This document shows, one piece after another, positions 54,546 through 64,000 of a stretch of DNA of 64,000 nucleotides. A model generated the notes under the pieces. That model was not told the origin of the DNA. It worked only from the letters and a program-made list of their open reading frames with translations, and ran no database searches. A program made the translations under genes and the position numbers. The DNA is taken from NCBI RefSeq assembly GCF_006345805.1, contig NC_042999.1, positions 92,628,001-92,692,000 on the forward strand, written 5' to 3'. Source of the stretch: Octopus sinensis (lineage: Eukaryota). Each line of letters begins with the position of its first letter. Position 1 is the stretch's first letter.

Positions 54546-55580
54546 GAGCACTTGCCTAACTGATGTAGAGCACTTGCCTAACTTCAGAGTATTTGTGGAC
54601 CAGTTCACATGAGGGAGGTTAAAATCACCCATCACTAGTATGTTTCCGGAGTAGTACTTCCGAAGGAAGGACTTGACTTTGCTAAGGCACTCTTCAAAGT
54701 ACTTTAGAGGTGGCTGGGGAGGCATGTAAATACCAACAATGGTTATGTCCTTGGCTTTGTTTTATAGTGATACCGATTCACAGTAGCCATTGGAAAATAT
54801 GTCCTTGGCATGAAGTGAAAAGGAGTCATGGATAAAGATGGCTGTCCCTCCCTTATTTCGGTCTGTGCGATCCGCACGAACAATGGTGAAATCTTTTATT
54901 TTCACCTCTGTGTCCATATGGCTGTTGTTCAGGTGAGTCTCGGTAAGGATAAAGAAAGGGAAGCAATGTGCCATTTCGGCAAGCCAACTTTCTATATATG
55001 GGATCTTCCATTTTTGGGCAATAATTGATGGGTTGATGCCACGTACATTTAACAGGAATGTCGAAGTAAGGGAAGTTGGTAATGGGTGAGTGGTCCTTGT
55101 GATTTGCATAGATGGTTGGTGATAGCTCGCTGGATCTCCTGGCTTAGGTCGGCCTTCATATTTTCCAGGTATGTCAGTAAAAAAGAGTTACTTGTTTGGT
55201 TTGCCACTTGGTCAGAGGATACATATTTCATGTTGGCGTTATTTGGTGTTTTTCATGGTTCTGTCTACGTTGTTTGATTGTAGGAGGGGAAACGTGGTTG
55301 TATTTTGTTCTTGTTGTTGTCCTAGATTTCCTCTGTTCCTGTTTATATTTATTCTGTGATCGTTTTGTGCCCTTCATATGGTGGTGGTTGCATTCTGGGT
55401 TCAGGCACATTCTTTGTGAGACAGAGGTTTGGTACAGTTTAGGATGGAATAAGGTGCATCGATTGTCTTTTATGCATCCGTATTTAGGATCAGAACCATA
55501 GATTCTGTATCTAGGACAGTATTTGGGGTGGAGGTGGGGGCAATGTTTTCCTGTTATACCGTATGGACAGGTGCCCATAA
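54541..55580 (-). mobile_element. Internal fragment of a second CR1-group LINE: triple-CCCH ORF1 end + APE N-terminus
   Basis: GTCPYGITGKHCPHLHPKYCPRYRIYG..GCIKDNRCTLFHPKL..MCLNPECNHHH, then FLLNVRGI, ILTETHL, RADR..KGG, VMGDFNLP. Both ends abut (TA)n. Confidence 0.85.
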
Positions 55581-55607
55581 CAAATATATATATATATATA
55601 TATACAT

Positions 55608-55638
<31 letters not shown>

Positions 55639-56149
55639 GAAAGAGAAAGAGAGAAAGGGAGAGAAAGAGAATCCCTCATTTTGCGAAGTAATGAATTCCT
55701 GAAAATCTGTCCATAACGCGAAATTCCGTAATGCGAAATCAATATTTCCATTCATTTTAAAATCATCGACTGAAAGGGAGAACAAGCAACATGATCACCT
55801 TTATACATGAAAATAACAATTTCTAAACATACACAGTACACTATAGATACATAAAAAATCGTTTGAAGAGGACTATGTTAGGGAATTAATAAGAATCGTA
55901 ATATCGTAAGAGTACATTCTTATCACAAAAGATGCTAATTACTGTGTGTGTAGTGGTGGTGGATTGAGCATTACTAGGAGGATAAGGGGCAATATTTACT
56001 ACCTTATTATTCACTATTACCAGCATCGACTTGAGGAGTGAAGAATTTATTCAAAGTTAACTGTTGTTTATGACGTATCATTTCTTTGTACCGCTGAGTA
56101 TAGAACTAAGCTCATTGTAAACTCGTCTTGAAATTGTTATGTTATGTTA

Positions 56150-57500
56150 ACGATTAGGATCATTAGCAGCAGCACAAATCAGCAGACCTTCCTCCATATG
56201 TGTATCAAGCCTTTAACAATAATTTTCATTACCAATGTAAGTTGTGTAGGTGGAACTTCCCTTATCTAATCTGAAGTAACAGCTTATACTCTTTCTAACA
56301 ACATCACCTCTTCATTAGATAAACTTTGTTTCTGGGACTCTAGCAACTCAAATCACATCACACCCTATGTCTTCTTCATATTCTATATCCCTTTTGAGCA
56401 CCACATCTTTCGGAATTTCATACAGATTTTCTACTAGAGAAAAACTTGTAATGTCTTTTCCCAGCAGTGTTCACAAGTGATTCAGCCATATTGTCCACAG
56501 CATGCATTACGTTGTATTTCTTCCAGAAATTTTAAACTGTAATTTTATTCTCCCTGTCAATTGGTTATGCATTGAAGAGAGCCATCACATCTTGATCTAT
56601 TTGCTGGAGCAAACAAATTATATTCTACTCTTAGGGCATCTACGTTCGGTGTGTGCCTCTGTGCATTGTCGTAAAGTAGCAATACTTTGTTGCAAATATT
56701 ATATCTAGCACTGTAACTTTCTATGACAGGATGAAAAATGTTTGTATACCACTCTTTGAAAAGTCTCTTAGTCACCCGTGCCTTTTTATTTAAAAGCCGA
56801 ATCAAAGGTAGATTCAGGTTCAAGCCCTAGAATTTTCAGAGTGATACTAGCGGTATTCCTCCCAAACAAAGTGTCAGGCAATTTTGGGAAACTTTAAATC
56901 CGGGTGTTGATTTTTCTTCTTGTGAAATAAAATTTCAAGCGGCCATGCGCTTCCAGGAAAGTGTAGTTTCATTGACATTGTATACTTACTCTGGTGTGTA
57001 ACCCCCTTCAGCAATCATTTACTTCAATTGCTCAAGATAATTTGTAGCAACCCCTGTAACAGTGCCCGCAGTACACGAATCATTTTTATGTTGTGTAAAT
57101 TCATGCTTTTCTTAAATCTTTCAAACCAGCCTTTACTAGCCAAAACGGGATTTTCACTAGAAGTTAAACTTTCCTTTTTCTTCACATCGTCATATAAACT
57201 CTTGACTTTTTTTCGATTACCATCAATGTTTATCGGCATATTACGCTGATCCTGGTCCTCGAATTCTACACTCAAAAGTTGTTATGTTTTAATCATTATA
57301 TTGCGTCTATGGAAAAATTAGGTCCAGACATTTAACGGAATAGCTTCTTGAGCACTTGCCATAATTTTCTCTGTTATGTATTGTTCCGTTTGTGGACATT
57401 ACAAGATTTAATGTTTTGGTAATATAATTTAGTTTGGTTTCGCATAAAGTCTTTTTAGAACGTTAAGTTTAATATCCAATGCAATCCTTTTTACGGTTCC
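56150..57500 (-). mobile_element. Degenerate pogo/Tigger transposase (HTH + CENP-B-like HTH + DDE_1)
   Basis: RKRIALDIKLNV (about 57480), ASKGWFERFKK..LHNIK, KARVTKRLFKEW..VLLLYDNAQRH. Possible decayed TIRs near 55670 and 57590 are not verified. Confidence 0.85.
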
Positions 57501-58194
57501 TCATCGCACTTCATCCTTAAAGTGTGTACCCGATAGCTTATTTCCAGTAATTTTAAATTGAAAGCAAATCCAACAGTAACGGGGATTAATCATCCACAAT
57601 AAATCTGTAGTAAAATCAAATTGGCCAAGGAAAATCTCATCTGTGAGAGCGAAAAATTGTCTTTTCCTTTTAATGCAATAATGAAAATGAAATGAAAAGG
57701 TGAAGGATTGAAGAAGAGAAACTACTATATAATTATAATTAACTGAAGGTTCACCAGATTTTATAGACAATGCACCCCCTTACGCTTCAGGCTTAAGTTA
57801 CAAACAAACACACATGCACACACATCCATACACAAACATTCATACAAACTTATACAAGCACACACCCACAAAGTCAGACACGCAAGAGCTGGAGTAATGC
57901 TGATATCTAGTAGGTGGGTTGATAACGATGATCATGTGGGTTGAATTGGTTTAGATATTAGTGATGGTAGATGGGTATTGTTAGTGGTGTATGGTCGTAT
58001 TGATCTTGCTAATTGTATTGTTTAGTTTCAAGTCAATGCTCATAAACCTAAGATTGTAGATATTTCATACAACTTTTGGCATACACCAGGACACAACATT
58101 ATATTTCTTTTATTTCAAATAGATTCCGTCACCTACTACATTTCATATATTATTGTTGTGTTTGTGGTGATTATAGAAACATACATACATACAT

Positions 58195-59100
58195 GCAGTT
58201 GTGGAAATTAGCTCCCCAGAGAATGTTAACATAAAGTTGAAGATCAGAGAGAAATCTATTGAGAAATCTGCAGTTACTCTACCCAGATTACAAGTTCAGG
58301 ATTATACCTGTAATTACTGGAGATATAACAGATTGCCTAAGTACCAATCATGAGAAATTAGGCTTTTCAAAACCAGAAGGGAGAAAGCGAATTCGAAGAC
58401 TGCAGATCCAATCCATCACTGGAACTGTAAAAGTCTGAGAAACTTTCCAAAAGTTTATCATTTAAATATATACGAACATGTCTAGATATGCAACTATAAG
58501 CATGAGAATACATACATGAAACATACAAATCTGCACATACATACATGCATACATACATACATACATACATACATACATACATACATACATACATACATAC
58601 ATACATACATACATACATACATACAAAAATACCCTATTCTTGATGTTGAAATTCCAATGGAGGCACCTTGGATCTAGGTGTGAAACCGGTTCTTTCTCTA
58701 TTGGCAAGAAATCTTGAAATAAAATGAATAATGACATATATTCATCAGCCTAGCAGATGTTAAAATAAAGATAAAGATCGGGGAAAATACCTACGCTGAA
58801 CTATTGAAATCTGGTTTCTCAAAGCCAGAAATAAGAAAGCTCATTCAAAGATTACAGTTCCAAGCCATCACTGGAACTATAAAAATTTGTAAGACTTTCC
58901 AGAAGTTTTATCATTTAAGTATATATGCACATGTCTAGATATGCAACTATACACATGAAAATATATACATAAAGCAAAATATACAAATCTGCGCATGCAC
59001 CGATTTCAAACACTACATACACACGCATACCTGCTAAATATCCCTGTTGATGTGATTGAAATTCCAATGAGGAAGGGCAGAAATAGCCTGAAACCAGGCT
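58195..59100 (+). mobile_element. Two tandem 3' ends of an RLE-clade LINE
   Basis: VVEISSP..LQLLYPDYKFRIIPVITG..KLGFSKPEGRKRIRRLQIQSITGTVK (58195-58450) and KSGFSKPEIRKLIQRLQFQAITGTIKICKTFQKF (58810-58910), each followed by the same UTR (CATGTCTAGATATGCAACTATA). Confidence 0.75.
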
Positions 59101-59691
59101 GGTCTGCTGATGCTAGAAGGTGGTAGAGGTTCCCTCTCCTCCTTGCAATATATCGGATGCAGGTTGCATCGTTAATGAGCTGGAGGAAGTGTCCTCTTGG
59201 GGTTAAAAAAGTCGCAGTGTCGTACGTTCCTACATAACAGCCATGTTGAAGTGGCGACAAGCATTACTTGCCAGTAGATTTACTGCTTTCATCTCTTACA
59301 GAGATGTTATAACTAGCTGCTTTGCTTATATACATGCATATATATATATATTGTTAGGAAATTATAAATTATAATGTTAAGTTAAACAGCTAAACAGTTT
59401 TTGATGCGGCACTGTAAGGTGTTTTTAGCCAAAACTGTGAACCTATAACAAATTGGTTAGAACTTGACAAACCTTCAGAAGCAGAGATAATTGGATAATT
59501 GTACCCCCACTCCATTTTTTTGTGACAGTGTTTTCTGTGAGACAAAGTTGTTCAATCGGATTCTGGAAGCTATGATTGTCTGTTTAGTTAATGCACTTTG
59601 TGCTTTGTGTTAGGCATTTATGGATTTATTTTATGCCCCATGAATTCACCAGAAAATTTGTCAGATTTAAAATAATTTCTGTGTCACATCT

Positions 59692-59887
59692 GGGTCCAAG
59701 GTTCGAAATTCAGGTTCGAAAACCGAATTTGTACTAAAATGGAAATTAAGATTTTGGGATCCATCTTTGTGAAAACCAAATTTGTGAGGCCACGTTTTGT
59801 GTGAGGCCAATTTTGGTGAAACCAAAAATTGTGAATCCAGAGTTACGGATCCAAGTTTGTGAAATCAAGTTGGGGAAGCCGGGATCC
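59692..59887. repeat. Degenerate 14-16-bp minisatellite (about 13 units, rough consensus GAAACCAAATTTGT)
   Basis: Units GAAAACCAAATTTGT, GAGGCCAATTTTGGT, GAAACCAAAAATTGT, GGATCCAAGTTTGT etc. Confidence 0.7.
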
Positions 59888-60137
59888 TGAGCCCGAATTT
59901 CTGAACTGTATATATATGTTACCTTTGTAAATATTTTGACTGAACGTCTGGTGTGGCATTGTTTTTTTGGTTCGTGTGTATATTTGTTTTTGTATGTAGG
60001 CTATTTTTTTCCATGCTGACAATTGTTAATAATATTTTACAAAAACTTTCATAGTCTGTTGTTGTTTTGGGTTCACCCTATCCTCGTTGATTCTGTAAAT
60101 TCGGGTAATGGCCACCAGGTCACAACAATATATGATA

Positions 60138-60829
60138 ATGAAAGACAGAAGATGGAATATACGAGAATTTATTATTAATCATGACAATTGTTTCGACATA
60201 TCTAGCATCGATTCCTCATGGGTGGGACACTCATCAAGTTCAGGAGCATGCGGCGGTGAAGATGTATCTCATCGGGTAATAGATAAATACAACTCGTTAA
60301 AATAACTGTTCCGCAATGTAACTTCCCGTTTTGTAGAAAGAAAAAGCAACCAGTCTACATTTAACCTCCCCATTCTTACAAACACGAAGTAGGTAGTTAA
60401 CTAGCTTTGTAATCATGGATGCACCAAGTCTCACGTATGCATATGCTCACATTTTTTCGGATGTTGGTATGAGCGAGTGTATTCGCACTGTGCAGCTTGC
60501 TCGAGGGCCTTTATACACCCATATTTATTAACGGTTATTTTTAATACTTTTCTTGCTGGATTGCGTGTTTGTTTCTTTGTTTGCCATTTGGGATCTTTTA
60601 TATAAATGAAGATATTTACTCCGTCTGGGTGCTTTTATTTCTACAAAATGGGAAGTTACATTGCAGAATAATTATTCCAGCGAGTTGTTCGACGAGATAC
60701 ATCTACACCGCTGGATGCTCCTGAACCAGTTGTTGATTGTCCCACCCATGAGGAATCGATGCTAGATGAGTCGAAACAATTGTCGCGATTAATAATAAAT
60801 TTTCGTATATTCCATCTTCAGTCTTTCAT
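60138..60829. repeat. Long imperfect inverted repeat (arms about 205-215 bp, spacer about 270 bp); foldback/MITE-like
   Basis: 60138-60353 matches the reverse complement of 60625-60829, e.g. CTAGCATCGATTCCTCATGGGTGGGACA and GCAATGTAACTTCCC are shared. Confidence 0.88.
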
Positions 60830-61321
60830 CTGCCATATATATAACAATCACTGTGAAAGTGACGCTGCATTAGCAGTAAGTTACCAAATGTAAACCATTC
60901 GTTTTATTATATATATATATTTGTATGTATGTATGTATGTATGTATGTATGTATGTATGTATGTATGTATGTATGTATGTATGTATGTATGTATGTATGT
61001 ATGCATGTATGTATGTTTGTATGTATGTATGCATGCATGTATGTATGTATGTATGTATGTATGTATGTATGTATGTATGTATGCATGCATGTATGTATGT
61101 ATGTATATATGTATGTATATTTGTATGTATGTCTGTATGTATGTATACAAATTAATATAAACAACAGTTTGCAATGTTTCATCAAAAAGGAGAATTATTA
61201 ATGTCACTAAATATGACCGGGTTGCTAGGAAACATCTACATTGCTAGAAATAATAGCTAATCGCTCTAATTCTGTAGTTAAAGCACATACACTAACAGGG
61301 ACGATGATCGAACGAAATGTA

Positions 61322-61394
61322 CGGATCGTGAATTCTTAATACTGCCGCATAAAATACAACAATTTCTGTTGCCTCATCAGTTATGACAACTCGA
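61322..61394 (-). repeat. Degenerate inverted copy of the 61.6-kb hammerhead (GAAA core lost)
   Basis: Minus strand TCGAGTTGTCATAACTGATGAGGCAACAGAAATTG...TAAGAATTCACGATCCG vs plus TCGAGCTGTCTTAACTGATGAGGCAACGGAAATTG...TAAGAATTCTTGATCCG. Confidence 0.8.
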
Positions 61395-61597
61395 GCAATG
61401 TAGGTGCTTCCTAACACCCTAGTCACATCTAGGGACATTAGTAATTCTCCATTTTTGTAAAATATTGAAAACAACTGTTTATGTTAATTTGATATATATA
61501 CACGTTAGCGAATCGCCATATAATCTAATGATTTGGCTGGCGGAAACATAAATACTAATGGCGAAGCGAGTCCGGAAAGAGCGAAACAGTCGAGCTG

Positions 61598-61650
61598 TCT
61601 TAACTGATGAGGCAACGGAAATTGCCGAAACGGACGCGTCATTAATAAGA
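61598..61650 (+). ncRNA. Type I hammerhead ribozyme motif with full stem III and GUC cleavage triplet
   Basis: TCTTAA-CTGATGA-GGCAA-cggaaa-TTGCC-GAAACG-gacg-CGT-C(61640)-ATTAATAAGA. Core and stems II/III are perfect; stem I is imperfect (register ambiguous). Confidence 0.75.
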
Positions 61651-62559
61651 ATTCTTGATCCGCACTTTTCGGACGATTATAGTTCCTGTTAGTGTAAATG
61701 TTTTCATTCATGTGCATTAACTTCAGCATTAGAGCGGTATAGCTCTTACACACACATATATATATAAGGATAAAAAGTTAAGGTAGAAAATGCTAAAATA
61801 ATTTTTCCCAAATTAAATTGTTTTCCATATTTACAGTTGAAAAAGTTTCAATGACTGAAACTGGTAGTAAAATGTTTTTATGATAAAATTATTTTAGCAT
61901 ATACATACATATATACATACACCAAAAGACTTGAAAGGCAGCTCTTTAAGCAGCATTCCTTGTCTGATGATCTTAAACACACACCCAAAAGAAGTCGCAA
62001 GACTCTACCGCAACATATCATCAGATGAAAGGATGTGCGTATATAAGCAGAAGACCATGCGGGAATTTTAGAATGTATGTATGTATGTATGTATGTGTAT
62101 ATTTAATAGTCTAGTAGATTTCTAAACAGGATGTAAGATGGTCAGATTGAGTGTATGATACGCAACTAGAATAGGTAAGCTGTGGTCGTTTATATCCCGA
62201 AATAACACTAGAGCCAAAGAGAAAAACTGGCGTGACCTGTGAGCACTAAAGTACGTTTTTACTGACAATTCTGATAATTGAATTGTGGCAGAAACTTTCA
62301 GGTTGAAGTAGCAAGTAAATGTGAATTAAGTAAATACTTTACGTTAAGACTAGCGAAAACTTATCACCGATACAGCAGTGAGAATTTCATGGATGGTTCA
62401 TGTAAAAAATCATCACTTAGAAGCAATCCAATTTTAGGTGATGTCAAAAATGTCAACTCCATTCAGAATAATATAAATGCACATGAAAATGCAAGGGAAG
62501 CAAATGTTTCTAAAGTAGAAAGACAAATTTAAAACTACTGTATCCCATCGGGAAGCAAA

Positions 62560-63560
62560 GTAATAGTTGAGAGATGAGAAGAATTGAAGGAGAGCCATAA
62601 GGCTACATTTAAAATAAGTAAACTCATGAGAGCTGACAAAGTGACTTTGAAAAATGTAAAACAACATCTAAATGAAACCCGTAAACAAGAATTTGAAGCT
62701 TACCTTCAGGATAAAATAAATATAATCCAAAATGCGTCAATCTTCCCAAGCATGGGCAATTGGAAGTGAAATAACAGAGAGGAAGTAAAGCAATCGAGGA
62801 TAACTAAAAGCAAAGAATCTTAAAGATCAAATAAAAAGGTGGAAATAGCTCATCTTTAACATATTTGAACAGCTAACAAACTTCGTAGATCAACCTATTA
62901 TTAGTGTTGTAGAATTTAGAAAGAAATTACTCGACAAAAGAACTAAACAAATATATCAAATACATTTCAATTGACAATGCACTAGATTTTGGCAATATGC
63001 AAGTGAAAGAGTAGAGAATGAGTACTTTTGGATCCGTTAATTAAAGTGTGTAATAAAACCATGCGCAAGTGCAACGCTGATATGAGGGGTGGGGATGGTC
63101 TGATATTAATTTTAACGGAAGGAAATCTTAATTAATTTATCGGTTATTGCACCTAAAATGCATAAGTATATTCGTCCAGGAGTGTCAACATTGTCACGAT
63201 CTTTTGCAATAGGAATACTTTTTGAAGGCATCAAAGCTCAGATCGATAAAGCTGTTAGACGTTAGAAGCCTTTTTGACTCAATCATACGAGTCAAACCGC
63301 TGTAAATACTCAGGCCATATGATATCTCAGGAACCATCATAGATGCAATCAGCATTCTCTACGAAGTTACAAATGCCCAGATTGTGATTCAGAAATCTTT
63401 TTTCACCTTTAAATAAATGCTAAATATTACACACTTGTAACTCTCTTGTTCTCTGCAATCTTTGATTACTCGTTATGAAACGCAATTTCAAAAGCAGAAG
63501 AAACATGTTTCCAAATAGTATCTAAACTCATTATGAAAGTGGAAGCACTCTACAGGTCAA
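62560..63560 (+). mobile_element. Degenerate RTE-like LINE RT fragment
   Basis: AFDSII..ILRPYDISGTIIDAISILYEVTNAQ (about 63270-63385) and TLVTLLFSAIFDY (about 63430-63470), with frameshifts. Confidence 0.6.
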
Positions 63561-63649
63561 TAACAAGAAAGATAGACGACCTGACAGGCATTGTCTATTG
63601 GGGTCGACTAAAAAAAACCTCAATCTCTACTCTCACCAAAACCGTCGGG

Positions 63650-63965
63650 AGCACTATATAATTTGTGTGATGTGGAAAATATTCCGTTAATATTGCACAA
63701 CTGATGTTGGCATCAATTTTAAAATTCACGCAAGACTTGACTCCCGTACTATCTGCCCACTACAAAAATCGAACTCAGGACACATAACAACATTACGTCA
63801 CAACTACTTTACCTCAACCGGTCCAGCTTTCTTCAATACCATACTAAAATACGTCTAGAAGAAAAGGGATCCCATAAAATTCAAATGTTCACTGGAGAAA
63901 TTTCTTCAAAAACTCCCAGATCAACTTCCTACACCAGGATATGTCTCCAACAATAATAGCTAAAC
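63650..63965 (+). mobile_element. Degenerate 3' end of a CR1-group LINE ORF2
   Basis: WKIF..GINFKIHARL..TLRHNYFTSTGPAFFN..PDQLPTPGY parallels WKILEG..SLGFRGPQLFN..PDEP of the element at 1-4086. Confidence 0.7.
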
Positions 63966-64000
63966 CCTCTTTTTGTCGATATCAGTATCCATACTGAAGT

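Noticed and set aside
55581-55785. N-terminal part of the 185-aa ORF 55228-55785
   Set aside because: Runs through (TA)n/(GA)n and unrelated sequence; only the portion below about 55580 is LINE ORF1.

Overview
AT-rich, microsatellite-dense eukaryotic DNA made mostly of transposable elements and their remnants. The SINE families and (TA)n/(TACA)n/(TAA)n load suggest a coleoid cephalopod (Octopus-like) genome; this is an inference, not confirmed. I found no confident host protein-coding gene, rRNA, true tRNA gene or CRISPR array. Main content: (1) a near-complete CR1-group LINE (1-4086, +) whose ORF1 joins an N-terminal Myb/SANT-like (trihelix) motif to a CCCH finger; (2) a full-length R4/Dong-type RLE retrotransposon (15221-19181, -) sitting inside a (TAA)n tract; (3) remnants of mariner, Tc1/maT-like, MULE, Tigger/pogo, RTE and other LINEs; (4) several tRNA-derived SINEs, one family sharing its 3' tail with the CR1-group LINE. 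The most notable signals lie in 46-62 kb: a 536-bp TSD-flanked mini-Penelope insertion carrying three minimal hammerhead ribozyme motifs (two in tandem, 273 nt apart), a separate hammerhead with a full stem III at 61.6 kb with a degenerate inverted twin, a hammerhead-like motif with a 94-nt loop at 53.1 kb, and a perfect 468-bp palindrome with a branched tip at 53634-54101. All motif calls were made by eye, without database searches or folding software.
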